Assembly: GCA_963775425.1 (NCBI GenBank)
Contig: CAVZJB010000012.1
Span: 380,430 to 444,429, forward strand
DNA from: an uncultured delta proteobacterium
GTDB taxonomy: Bacteria; Myxococcota; UBA727; VGSZ01
Direction: 5' to 3'
DNA: 64,000 nucleotides
Shown: positions 1 through 9,247 of the stretch, piece after piece
Layout: every line of letters starts with the position of its first letter
Position numbering within the stretch: the first letter of the stretch is position 1
Made by a program: the position numbers and the translations under genes
Notes under the pieces: generated by a model
Database searches by the model: none
The model's input: only the letters and a program-made list of their open reading frames with translations
Told to the model about the DNA's origin: nothing

Positions 1-2829
1 GAGCCTGTCGAACACGCGCAACAGCGTCGGCGAGCGACCCACGAGCTCGGGGTAGCGCGCGTCCCACTCGGGCTTGCGCACCGCGGGCGCCGGCGCCTGC
101 TGCGGCCGCAGCGTCTCGTCGGCGGCGCCCTCCGCGGCTTCGCCGGCGTCGTCGGCCACGGCGGCGGCGCCGAACAGGGCGGCGCGCGCGTTGTCGCGCA
201 GCATGACCTCGCGCAGCGCCGGCGGCAGCCGCTCCGCCGTGGCCTCGACGAACGCGCGCGCGCGCGCGCGAGCGGCGTCGGCGCTTTTGGGGTCGCCGCG
301 GCCCTCGAAGCGGTCGGCGAGGAAGGCGAGCGTGCGCCACGCGTCGTCGTGGGCGCGCAGCTTGTCCATCTCGTCGACGGCCTGCGACAGGAGCGACAGC
401 CCGCGCACGGCGTCGTCGTCGCCCTTGGAGAGCGCGAGCGCGCCCTCGACGGCGGAGCGCCGCGCGTGCGGCAGCGTCCCCGGCGCCGCCGCCGGCAGCT
501 CGGCGACGCGCTCCTCGGCGCTGCCGAGGTCGCCGAGCAGGATGGCGGCCCACGCGGCCTTGGCGGTCATCTCCACCACGCGCGAGGTCTCGCCGATGCG
601 CAAGAACAGCTCGCGCGCCTTCTCGTACGAAGCGAGCGCCGCGCCGGGCTGGCCCTGGTTGAAGGCGAGGTCGCCCTCGGTGAAGTGCACGAAGGCGCGG
701 CCGCGGTCGCTGTCGTCGGACTCGGCGAGGCGGCGGCTCTGCTCGAGCCACGTCTGCGACGCCTCGTAGTCGCCGAGCGCGCAGGTGAGGTTGGCGAGGT
801 TCCAGGTCACGCGGCGCACGGCGTTCCTGTCGCCGAGGCGTGAGAAGCGCGCCCACGCCGCCTTGTAGCGCTCGAGGCTCCGCCCCAATTCACCGGAGCG
901 CTGCTCGATGGCGCCGAGGTTCAACAGCGCGTTCGACTCCGAATGCAGATCACCCGCCGCCTGCGCCGACGACAGCGCGCGCTCGAGCATCTCGCGCGCC
1001 TCGTCATTGTGGCCGCGACGGTGGCGCGCGAGGCCCGTGTTGACGCGCGCGAGGATGGACTCGTGCTCGAGGCCGTGCTCCTCGGCGAGCTCGAGGTTCG
1101 ACAGGAAGCGCGCCTCGGCGTCGTCGAAGCGGTCGCGCGAGTAGGCGACCTTGCCGAGCGTGTTGCTGTTCCTCAAGCGGAACGCCATGGGCGCGTCCGG
1201 CGCCGCCCGCGCGGCCTCCTCGGCGAGCCGCTCGGCGGCGTCGAGGTCGCTCTTCATGTAGTTGACCTCGGCCATGGCGGCGAGGACGAGGGCGCGCTCG
1301 GGCAGGACGTCGCCGTCGGCGTCGTCGTCGGCGTCGGCGTCGGCGTCGTCGGCGTCGGCGTCGCCCGCGGCCGGGGCTTCGCCCAGCGTGCGGGTCTCCT
1401 CGAGGACCTCGAGGGCCGCGCGGTGATCGCCGCGCGCGCTCAACAGCTCGCCGATGCGGCGCAGCACCGTGGGGAGCTGCTTTTTGGACGCGAGCGTGCG
1501 CATCTCGGCGGCGGTGGCCAAGGCCCCGCGGAGGTCGCCGCGCAGGCGTTGGGCCTCGACGAGGTGGCCGAGCAGCGCGAAGCGCTCCTCCGACGACGCC
1601 ACCGGCAGCGTGCGCCCCACGAGGTCGACGACGGTGCCGTAGGCGAACGTGAGGAGCAGGCGCTCGCACGCCGCGAGCACCCAGGGCACGGCGCGCTGTG
1701 GGTGCGTGCCGCGCAGGAAGTGGAACGCCAGCAGCGGCTCCGACAGCTCGCTGCCGCGCTGCTCGAGGGTGCCGGCGACGGCGTGGTGCAGCGCCGCGCG
1801 CTCGTCGGCGGGCAGGTTCTCCTTCAGCACCTCCTGGTGGTGCGGGCGCGAGAACGTGAAGAGCAACTCGCCGTTTTGCAGGCGGCGCGCGAGCATGCGC
1901 TGCTCGACGAGCTGGCCGAGCGCGTGCGCCACCTCGCCCACCGGCGCCTGCACGATGGCCGAGAGCAGATCCGGCGGCGCCGGCCGCGACAGCACGGCGA
2001 GGGCGCGCAGCGCGCGACGCGCCACGGGATCGAGGGCGTCCACGCGCTGGAGCAGGAGCGCGTCGGTGTCGCGGGGCAGCGACTCGAGCAGCTCGTCGAC
2101 GTCCTCGGGGCGGCCGCGGCTGGCCGCGAGCAGCTTGTCGAGGAGCGCGTGGTTGCCGAGGTACTCGACGAGCTGCGCGCGCGTGAGCCCGGCGACGTCG
2201 AACATGCGCGCGCGCTTGCCGGCGGACAGCGAGCGGGCGAAGGCGGGGCCGCCGTCGTCGTCGGTGCGCGCCCCCACCATCAGCACGCCGGGGACGTCGT
2301 CCTCGCCCACGTCGGGGTTGAACAGGTGCTGCGCGAGGAAGCGCACGGCCTCGCGGGTGTCGTCGTCGGCGTAGTGCAGGTCGCTCAGCAGCACGGTCAA
2401 GGGCGCGGCGCGCGACAGCTCGATGAAGAACGCGCGCAGGGCCTCGAGGAAGCCGGTCTTGTCGCGCGCGCGGGGCGCGGGCTGGTGCTGCAGCGTGGGC
2501 AGCAGCACCGCGAGGGCGCGGGCGTGGGCGTCGAGGAAGTCCTCGGCGAGCCCGCGCGCCTCGAGGAAGGCGAGCGCCTGCGCCGCCGGCTCCCGCAGCG
2601 CCGCGAACGGGTGGGGCGCGGCCTGCTCCGCGCGGCCGAAGAGCACGAGGCGCCCGCGCGCGGACAGCTCGCGCCTCAGCTCCGAGAGCAGCAGCGCCTT
2701 GCCGACGCCGCGGGGCCCGCCGAGGACCACGACGCCACCGCCCTTGTCGGCCAGCTCGTCGTGAAGCTCGAGGAGCTCACGAACGCTGCGCTTGGACCCC
2801 TCGAGGAGGGGCTTTGCGGGGGCCACCAC
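1..2829 (-). CDS. Large NTPase-TPR-sigma54 enhancer-binding protein (runs off the window at base 1)
   Basis: Not in the ORF track; both ends were hand-translated and share a frame. The N-terminus has a Walker A motif (VVVLGGPRGVGK, ~2698-2733). The middle is TPR-like. At base 1 it reads PEWDARYPELVGRSPTLLRVFDRL, the typical entry into a sigma54 AAA+ domain. GTG start at 2829 is tentative. Confidence 0.8.
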   Translation of the reverse strand, partial: MVAPAKPLLEGSKRSVRELLELHDELADKGGGVVVLGGPRGVGKALLLSELRRELSARGRLVLFGRAEQAAPHPFAALREPAAQALAFLEARGLAEDFLDAHARALAVLLPTLQHQPAPRARDKTGFLEALRAFFIELSRAAPLTVLLSDLHYADDDTREAVRFLAQHLFNPDVGEDDVPGVLMVGARTDDDGGPAFARSLSAGKRARMFDVAGLTRAQLVEYLGNHALLDKLLAASRGRPEDVDELLESLPRDTDALLLQRVDALDPVARRALRALAVLSRPAPPDLLSAIVQAPVGEVAHALGQLVEQRMLARRLQNGELLFTFSRPHHQEVLKENLPADERAALHHAVAGTLEQRGSELSEPLLAFHFLRGTHPQRAVPWVLAACERLLLTFAYGTVVDLVGRTLPVASSEERFALLGHLVEAQRLRGDLRGALATAAEMRTLASKKQLPTVLRRIGELLSARGDHRAALEVLEETRTLGEAPAAGDADADDADADADDDADGDVLPERALVLAAMAEVNYMKSDLDAAERLAEEAARAAPDAPMAFRLRNSNTLGKVAYSRDRFDDAEARFLSNLELAEEHGLEHESILARVNTGLARHRRGHNDEAREMLERALSSAQAAGDLHSESNALLNLGAIEQRSGELGRSLERYKAAWARFSRLGDRNAVRRVTWNLANLTCALGDYEASQTWLEQSRRLAESDDSDRGRAFVHFTEGDLAFNQGQPGAALASYEKARELFLRIGETSRVVEMTAKAAWAAILLGDLGSAEERVAELPAAAPGTLPHARRSAVEGALALSKGDDDAVRGLSLLSQAVDEMDKLRAHDDAWRTLAFLADRFEGRGDPKSADAARARARAFVEATAERLPPALREVMLRDNARAALFGAAAVADDAGEAAEGAADETLRPQQAPAPAVRKPEWDARYPELVGRSPTLLRVFDRL

Positions 2830-2910
2830 GACGTCGCGCTTAGCACCCTGAACGCGACCCGGCGAGGCCCGCGGTCACACCGATCCACCGCGCGGCCGTC
2901 GACGTGCCCG

Positions 2911-3189
2911 TCACTCCGCGCCTGCGTCGGGCTGCAGGAGCGCGCCCGCGCCCGGGGCCGCGCCGCGGACCCAGCCGTCGAAGAGGCCGGCGACGACGCC
3001 GGCGCCGGCGCCTACGGCGGCGACGGGCACGATGACGGGGCATGATCTGCGGGGGATCGTGGACGCCCTGGAAGCTCGCGCAGCCGACGCCCGCGGCGAG
3101 GACGAGCCCGAGCACCGAGGCGCCGCCGGTGGAGGCCGCGACGAGCGCGGTTCGCGGACGACGACGACGACGAGGGGGACGGGTCGCAT
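2911..3189 (-). CDS. Small putative membrane protein, possibly with two compensating frameshifts
   Basis: The ends of the ORF are hydrophobic (MRPVPLVVVVV / VIVPVAAVGAGAGVVAGLF). The middle reads better in another frame (ALVAASTGGASVLGLVLAAGVGC). Confidence 0.35.
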   Translation of the reverse strand: MRPVPLVVVVVREPRSSRPPPAAPRCSGSSSPRASAARASRASTIPRRSCPVIVPVAAVGAGAGVVAGLFDGWVRGAAPGAGALLQPDAGAE

Positions 3190-3249
3190 GGCGCGGCTGT
3201 CGCCGGGCTCCCGGACAGCGAGCAAGCGGCGCGCCGTGGTGTCCGCTCG

Positions 3250-3265
3250 TGGCACAGGCACTGCA
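3250..3265 (+). promoter_or_regulatory. Putative sigma54 (-24/-12) promoter of the BON gene
   Basis: TGGCAC-AGGCA-CTGCA matches TGGCAC-N5-TTGCW with 1 mismatch and correct GG/GC spacing. It lies ~40 nt upstream of an ATG preceded by GGGAGG. Confidence 0.6.
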
Positions 3266-3306
3266 CGCCATGCTCTCGACCCACCCGCGGTCGGGAGGTG
3301 CGCACC

Positions 3307-3936
3307 ATGTGGCGACGACGTCTTCTCTCCATGACCCTGGCGTCCGTGTCCATCGGCGCCGTCGCGGTCCTCGTGCACGCCTCGCCGGTGCCGTCCCTCG
3401 CCGCCGCCGTCGTCGACGCGCCCCCGGACGCCGCGCCCCCCGGCCCGGCGTCGCCGGACGCGGGCCCCGGCGCAGCCGACGCCGGTGTCGACGTCGAGGC
3501 GCCCGACGACGCGGGCAGCGCGGATGAGGCGGCCGACCAGGAGGCCGACGCGGGGCCGAGCGTGGACCAGGCGCTCCTCGACGAGATCGAGCGGCTCCGC
3601 CTCCTGCTCGAGCAGCAACAGCTTCAACAACAAGAGCAGCCGCCGCCGGCGACGCGCGAGGATGTCTACCTGAGCCAGGATCCGAACCAGGGCGCCGCCC
3701 CCGCCGACATCGTCGTCACCAAGGAGGTGCGCGCCGCCCTGCAGGACGACGACGACCTGTCCGCGCAGGCGCACAGCCGGCTGTACGTGACGACGACCAA
3801 CGGCGTCATCCTCCTGCAGGGCGAGGTCCCCAGCGAGCGCGAGCGCTCGCTGGTCGAGGACAAGGTCCGGGCGCTGGTCGGTGACCGCTTCTACGTCACC
3901 AACGCCTTGATCGTGCGCGACCGCGGCATCGAGTAG
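3307..3936 (+). CDS. BON (OsmY-like) domain protein
   Basis: Signal-like N-terminus and acidic linker. C-terminal DIVVTKEVRAALQDD...LYVTTTNGVILLQGEVPSERERSLVEDKVR is BON-like. SD GGGAGG at 3293-3298. Confidence 0.8.
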   Translation: MWRRRLLSMTLASVSIGAVAVLVHASPVPSLAAAVVDAPPDAAPPGPASPDAGPGAADAGVDVEAPDDAGSADEAADQEADAGPSVDQALLDEIERLRLLLEQQQLQQQEQPPPATREDVYLSQDPNQGAAPADIVVTKEVRAALQDDDDLSAQAHSRLYVTTTNGVILLQGEVPSERERSLVEDKVRALVGDRFYVTNALIVRDRGIE

Positions 3937-3937
3937 C

Positions 3938-4417
3938 TCACGGGCTGTTGGTGAGCGGGTCGAAGGTCAAGACGCCGTCGCACTCGTTCTCGCACGGGGC
4001 CGTGCGCGTGATGCCGCCGCCCTGGTTGATGCAGGCGCCGGTGACGAGGATGGAGGTGCCGGCGGTGAGCGCGGTTTTGCACTGCGCGAGGTCGTTGTTG
4101 CACATGCAGGGGATCTCGCCGGGGTCGACGGTGTCGTTGTTGTCGTCGACGACGTCGGGGGCGTCGGCGGGGATGCCGGGGCCGGCGTCGGCGACGATGG
4201 CGAGGCCGCCGTCGGCCTCGATGAAGCTCTCGGCGCACGCCGCGCCCGGAAAGCGCGTGCCCCGGTGCGCCAGACAGGTGCAGCACTCGTCGATGAGCTG
4301 CGGCCGGAGCCCCGCGAACGCCTCCGACTGCGCGAGGCATGAGCGCAGGTCGCACGCGCCGGCGCCGCCGACGAGCGCCGCGGCCAGGACGAGCGCCGCG
4401 CGGCGCGCGCGGCTCAC
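3938..4417 (-). CDS. Cys-rich putative lipoprotein
   Basis: Lipobox-like AGAC after a hydrophobic stretch, many Cys. GTG start overlaps the upstream gene's stop codon. Confidence 0.7.
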   Translation of the reverse strand: MSRARRAALVLAAALVGGAGACDLRSCLAQSEAFAGLRPQLIDECCTCLAHRGTRFPGAACAESFIEADGGLAIVADAGPGIPADAPDVVDDNNDTVDPGEIPCMCNNDLAQCKTALTAGTSILVTGACINQGGGITRTAPCENECDGVLTFDPLTNSP

Positions 4418-5943
4418 GAGCGCCCCCCGAGCCTGGCGTCGAGCCACGCGAGCGCGCCGTCCTCGTCGGCGAAGGCCCCGTCGAGCTGGGCCTCGAAGGC
4501 CTCCTTCAACAGCGGCCCGAACTCCGGCCCCGGCGCCAGGCCGCGCGCGATCAGGTGGCGGCCGAGCAGGAGCGGCGCCGAGGCCTTGTCGTCCACGTGG
4601 AGCGCCGCCGCCCGCTCGAGCAGCCAGGCGCCCGCGTCGTCGTCGCGGGCGAGGGCGTCCTCGGTGGTGCGGCCGAAGTGGTCGGCGCGGGCCACCCGCA
4701 CCAGGCGCGGGATGGGCACCCGCAGGGCGAGGCGGCGGACGGCGGCGTCACCGGCGCCGTCGCGGTAGAGCTGGAAGGGCTTGAGGTGGTCGCGCACGAC
4801 GGCGACGACGTCGTCGATCAGGGCGTGGGGCGCGCCGATGCGCCCGAGGAACGCGCGCGTGGGGGCCTCCCCCTGGGACTCGTGGTCGCGGCTGCGCGTA
4901 CGCCCGTCGACGAGCTGCGTGGTCGCGGGCTTGCCGAGGTCGTGGCAGAGGGCGCCGAGGACCACGCGCAGCCGCTCGTCGTCGTCGAGGCCGTCCTGGT
5001 GGGCGATGCGCGCGGCCTCGTCGACGACCATCAGCGTGTGCGTCCAGACGTCCCCCTCGGGGTGCCACTCCGGCTCCTGCGGGCAGCCGACGAGCGTGCC
5101 GAGCTCGGGGAAGAGCGCGTCGATCGCCCCGGTCTCCTTCAAGACGAGCAGGCCGACGGACGGCCAGGCCCCGCGGGCGCACAGCTTCTCCATCTCGCCC
5201 CACACACGTTCCACCGGGAGCGTGGACAGCTCCTCCTGCAGCGCCCGGCAGCGCTCGATCGTCTCGGGGGCGACCTCGAAGCCGAACCGCGCCGCGAATT
5301 GCGCCGCGCGCAGCACGCGCAGCGGGTCCTCGTCGAACGCCGGCGACACGTGGCGCAAGAGGCCGGCCTCGAGGTCGGCGACGCCGTTCCAGGGATCGAC
5401 GAGCGCGGCGGCGGCGGCTCCGGCGGCGGGGCGCGCGCCCCCGTCGGCGCCGGCGCCGAGGTCCAGGGCGATGGCGTTGACCGTGAAGTCCCGGCGGGCG
5501 GCGGCGTCCTTCGGGTCCATGAACGGGTCGCTCTCGACGACGAAGCCCTTGTGTCCCCGGCCGTGCTTGGACTCCCGCCGCGGCAGCGACACGTCGAAGG
5601 TGCGCCGTTGATCGGCCTCGCCGACGGTGACCTTGAGCACGCCGAAGGAGCGGCCGACGGCGTTCACCGAGAAGCCCGCGAGCGCGCCCTCGAGAGCGGC
5701 GAGGGGGAGCGCGTGCACCTCGACGTCGACGTCCTTGGGCGCCGTGCCGAGCAGGTGGTCGCGCACACAGCCGCCCACCGCCAGCGGCCGCCCGCCCGCG
5801 GCGCGCACGACGTCGACCAGGCGACGCAGCGGGGCGTCGACGGCGAACGGCCGGGCGAGCCCCGGCAGCCCCTGCACCGCGCGCGCTCCCTCCGGCGGGC
5901 TGTGAATGTTCACCACGAAGTCACCGTCCTGTGCGGCATCCAT
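4414..5943 (-). CDS. cca: CCA tRNA nucleotidyltransferase / poly(A) polymerase family with HD domain
   Basis: AVGGCVRDHLLG..KDVDVE, RRDFTVNA, EDPLRVLRAAQFAARF, HPEGDVWTHT, LCHDLGKP. Confidence 0.9.
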   Translation of the reverse strand: MDAAQDGDFVVNIHSPPEGARAVQGLPGLARPFAVDAPLRRLVDVVRAAGGRPLAVGGCVRDHLLGTAPKDVDVEVHALPLAALEGALAGFSVNAVGRSFGVLKVTVGEADQRRTFDVSLPRRESKHGRGHKGFVVESDPFMDPKDAAARRDFTVNAIALDLGAGADGGARPAAGAAAAALVDPWNGVADLEAGLLRHVSPAFDEDPLRVLRAAQFAARFGFEVAPETIERCRALQEELSTLPVERVWGEMEKLCARGAWPSVGLLVLKETGAIDALFPELGTLVGCPQEPEWHPEGDVWTHTLMVVDEAARIAHQDGLDDDERLRVVLGALCHDLGKPATTQLVDGRTRSRDHESQGEAPTRAFLGRIGAPHALIDDVVAVVRDHLKPFQLYRDGAGDAAVRRLALRVPIPRLVRVARADHFGRTTEDALARDDDAGAWLLERAAALHVDDKASAPLLLGRHLIARGLAPGPEFGPLLKEAFEAQLDGAFADEDGALAWLDARLGGRS

Positions 5944-6009
5944 CTTGCGACGTCTTGAGATTGCGTGTCGACGCACACGCCCTTCACACGTTGAGCCGAG
6001 GCCGTCATC

Positions 6010-6597
6010 ATGTCGAGCACCACAACGTTCCCCAATCCCCTCGACACCGTGAAGATCTCGCGCTTCGCCCGTCTGGTCGCCTTCGACGACCGCTTGCTGC
6101 GCCGCCTGGTGAAGAACCGCCGGGCCCGCACCGCGTTCGCGCTTCGCTCGCTCTGCCGCATGTACGACCCCGACATGGTCATCATGGCCGTGGCCATCGC
6201 GCTGTTCGCCCCGAGCCTCGTCTCCATCGCCAACCACGCCGCCCTCGCGCTCATCAGCACGTCGCTGCTCGTGGTGGTCGTCAAGCGCATCGTGCGCCGC
6301 ACCCGCCCGGCCGAGGAGCTGCACGGCAGCGCGCCCCCGGATCGCTTCAGCTTCCCGTCGGGCCACACGGCCGCTGCGTTCGCGCTGGCCATCGCCATGT
6401 TCGGCGCCTCGCCGACGCTCGCGCCCGGCCTGTTGCTGCTCGCCATCTGCGTCGCCTACGGCCGGATGTACCTCGGCGTCCACTACCCGCTCGACGTCGC
6501 CGCGGGCGCCGCCATCGGCCTGGTCACCGGCTCCATCGTCGCGCTGGTGCGGATCCCCGACGTCATCGACCTGCCGTTCAAGATCCCCGGACTCTGA
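6010..6597 (+). CDS. PAP2-family phosphatase
   Basis: KRIVRRTRP, SFPSGH and RMYLGVHYPLDV motifs. Confidence 0.92.
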   Translation: MSSTTTFPNPLDTVKISRFARLVAFDDRLLRRLVKNRRARTAFALRSLCRMYDPDMVIMAVAIALFAPSLVSIANHAALALISTSLLVVVVKRIVRRTRPAEELHGSAPPDRFSFPSGHTAAAFALAIAMFGASPTLAPGLLLLAICVAYGRMYLGVHYPLDVAAGAAIGLVTGSIVALVRIPDVIDLPFKIPGL

Positions 6598-6627
6598 GCC
6601 CGGCCAATCCCACACGCGGGCCACACG

Positions 6628-8321
6628 TCAGCGGCAGCGGCGGTAGCAGGCGTCGATGCTCTTCTTGAAGAGCTTGACGTCGTCGAGCGGCAGGTCGTGG
6701 AGCCTGGGCGCGGTCCTGATGAGCGGCGCGGCGCACGGGTCGTGGCAGTGCCGGATGGCCGCGACCATGTCGGTCAGCGTGAGCACCTTCGGCGCGTGGC
6801 TGTGCGTGCGGCCGCTGTGCTTGCGCACCGGCTCGCGGGCGGGGGGCGGGTCGGCCGGGGGCGGCGGGTCGGCGGCGCGGGCGTCGGCGGCGGCGTCGGG
6901 GGGGCAGCGTCGGCGGCGTCGGGGGCGGCGGGGGCGGCGGCGGGCACCGGCGCGGGCGGCGTGGCCACGGGCGCGGGCATGGCCGCCACCGGCGGCGGCG
7001 CGGGGCGATCGGGTCGCAGCACCACGACGGCGGCGACGGCGGCGACGGCGACGACGGCGACGGCGGCGACCGCGATCACGCCCACGGCGGCGAGCCCCGC
7101 CGCGCGGCGCGGCGCCGGCATCGGCTGCGAGCGCAAGATGAGCTGCGTGGGATCGTGGATGGTCTGGGCGTGGACCGACGTCGCGATGGAGAAGACGTCG
7201 CTGCTCGAGCTCGCCGGCGCCGCCGGGGTGCGCACCGTGGTGAAGCCGGGGGTGGGCTTGGCGCTCAGCCCGGCGAAGCCCTGCATCAGCTCGCGGATGG
7301 CGACGAGGTCGCCGGCGAAGGTCTCGTTCATCAGCCGCCGCAGGGCGGGGCCGCCGGCGGGGAGCGCGTGCACGCGCGCGTACTCGAGGATGGCGTCGCG
7401 CAGCTCGCCGCAGGTGCGGAAGCGGTCGTCCTTCTCCGGGGCGAGGGCGCGGCGCAGGATGGCGACCATGTCGGGGTCGAGCGCGTCTAGGCGGCGGGGG
7501 ACGTAGGTGCCGATGCCCGCGCTCTGCCAGATCTCCTGCGACGACAGCCCCGCGTAGTAGCGCTCGCCCGCGAGCATCTCGTAGATCACGACGGCGGCGG
7601 AGAACTGGTCGGCGCGCGGGTCGACGACCTCGGCGCGCGCGTGCTCGGGCGCCATGTACGCGAGCTTGCCCATCACCGCCTGCGATCCCGTGGAGCTGTG
7701 CTCGCTGGTGGCCTCGCGCCCGGTCTCGGCGAGGCCGAAGTCGATGAGCTTCACCTCGCCCTCGAAGTTCACGAGCACGTTTTGCGGCGAGATGTCGCGG
7801 TGCACGAGGTGCAGCGGCCGTCCCGTGGCCGGGTCGACGTGGCGATGGGCATAGTCAAGCGCGTCGAGCAGCTCGGTGGCGACGTGCACCGCGCACTCGG
7901 GCGGCAACGGCGTGCCTCGGGAGGCGAGCTCGTCGACGACGGCGCGCACGTTGCGGCCGATGACGAGCTCCATGGCGAGGTAGAAGCTCGGGCCGACGCG
8001 GCCGACGTCGAAGACGGGGCAGATGTTGCGGTGCGAGAGCTGCACGACGAGGCGCGCCTCTTCCACGAAGCGCTCGACGTACTCGTCGTCGGAGGAGTAG
8101 CGCGCGCGCAGCGTCTTCACGACGCAGTGCTTCTCGATGCCCATCATCCCGCCGGTCTTGGCGAGGAAGACGTCGCCCATGCCGCCGCGGCCGATGCGGT
8201 GCAGGAGCAGGTACGCCCCGAACGGCGCCGGGAACAGGACCTTGACGTCCGTGGCGGGGTCGCCGGGCACGAGGGACAGGGTCTGGGACGTCTCGGCGGA
8301 CATGTCGTCACCGGCGAGCAT
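6628..8321 (-). CDS. Membrane Ser/Thr protein kinase, apparently frameshifted at the G7 run 6898-6904
   Basis: IGRGGMGDV, VVK, HRDISPQN, DFG and APE motifs, then a TM helix and Pro-rich linker. The Cys-containing tail (ORF 6628..6828) joins in frame if the homopolymer has 8 rather than 7 bases. Confidence 0.85.
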
Positions 8322-8380
8322 ACAGCGACGTTCGCCGGCCTTTGATGCCGCCGGCCCCCGCGCTGTGTTATTCGACGAGG

Positions 8381-9217
8381 ATGCTCGCGCTCTGCCTCGT
8401 CGCCGGCGTCGTCGCCGGCGCGCCCTCCGTGCGGGTAGGTATCCTCGACGCCGCCGGCTCGGACGTCACCCGACACGATTGGGCGCGCATGGGCAAGGTC
8501 GACGAGGCCGTGCGCCGCGCCGCGCGCGATCTGCCACAGCTCGACGTGCAGGAGGCGTCGCGCACCACCGCCAAGGTGGACTCGGTGGCGGACATGGGGA
8601 TCGTGTGCGGCTCCGAAGACGCGGTCTGTCTCGGCAAGGTCGCCGTGCTCGTCGACGTCGATCGCATCGTCGCCCCATCGGTGCGCTTCGAGCGCGATCG
8701 CACGTGGCTGAAGATCCTCGTCGTCGCCGGCAACGGCGCGCACAGCGAAGCGGAGGCGTGGCTCGACGGCGATCCGCGCGCCGGCGACGTGAAAAGCGTC
8801 ATCGAGGCCGCCTTCGCGGCCGCCCCGTCCGCGCCCTTCCCCGCCGCCGCCGCGGACCCGCCGGCCGAGACGCCCGCACCGCCCGCCCCGCCCGCGCCCG
8901 ATGCCTCCGCCGCGCCCGCCGCCGCGCCCGCCGCCGCAGCGCCGGAGGAGCGCGCGCCCGTGGCTGCACCACCCGCCGCGCCGTCGCCGGAGCTGCCGCC
9001 GCTCTTCCTCGCCGGCGCGGTCACCGCCGGCGTGGGCGCCGTCGTCACCGCCGGCGGCGTGCTCGGCGCGCTGGTGATGGACAACGAGGTCGCCGCGAAG
9101 GCGGACTGGACCGACCGCGGACCCAAGCAGCTCCTCGGGCAGGCGTTCATCGGCGTCGCCGCCGTCGGCGGCGCCGCCGTCGTCGCCGGCGTCGTGCTCG
9201 CGGCGCTGCCCGAGTGA
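8381..9217 (+). CDS. Exported protein with CsgG/TolB-N-like CxxxxxCL domain and C-terminal Gly-rich hydrophobic hairpin
   Basis: Signal peptide; VCGSEDAVCLGKVAVLVDVDRIV; Pro/Ala linker; two hydrophobic segments at the C-terminus. Confidence 0.7.
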   Translation: MLALCLVAGVVAGAPSVRVGILDAAGSDVTRHDWARMGKVDEAVRRAARDLPQLDVQEASRTTAKVDSVADMGIVCGSEDAVCLGKVAVLVDVDRIVAPSVRFERDRTWLKILVVAGNGAHSEAEAWLDGDPRAGDVKSVIEAAFAAAPSAPFPAAAADPPAETPAPPAPPAPDASAAPAAAPAAAAPEERAPVAAPPAAPSPELPPLFLAGAVTAGVGAVVTAGGVLGALVMDNEVAAKADWTDRGPKQLLGQAFIGVAAVGGAAVVAGVVLAALPE

Positions 9218-9247
9218 CAAGCGACCGGAGCGAGCGGCCGCGCGGAG

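Noticed and set aside
943-3045. 700-aa plus-strand ORF, and similar long ORFs (12542..15916, 27633..31526, 39438..42398, 47050..49884)
   Set aside because: Antisense or off-frame shadows of recognisable genes, expected at high GC; no motifs.
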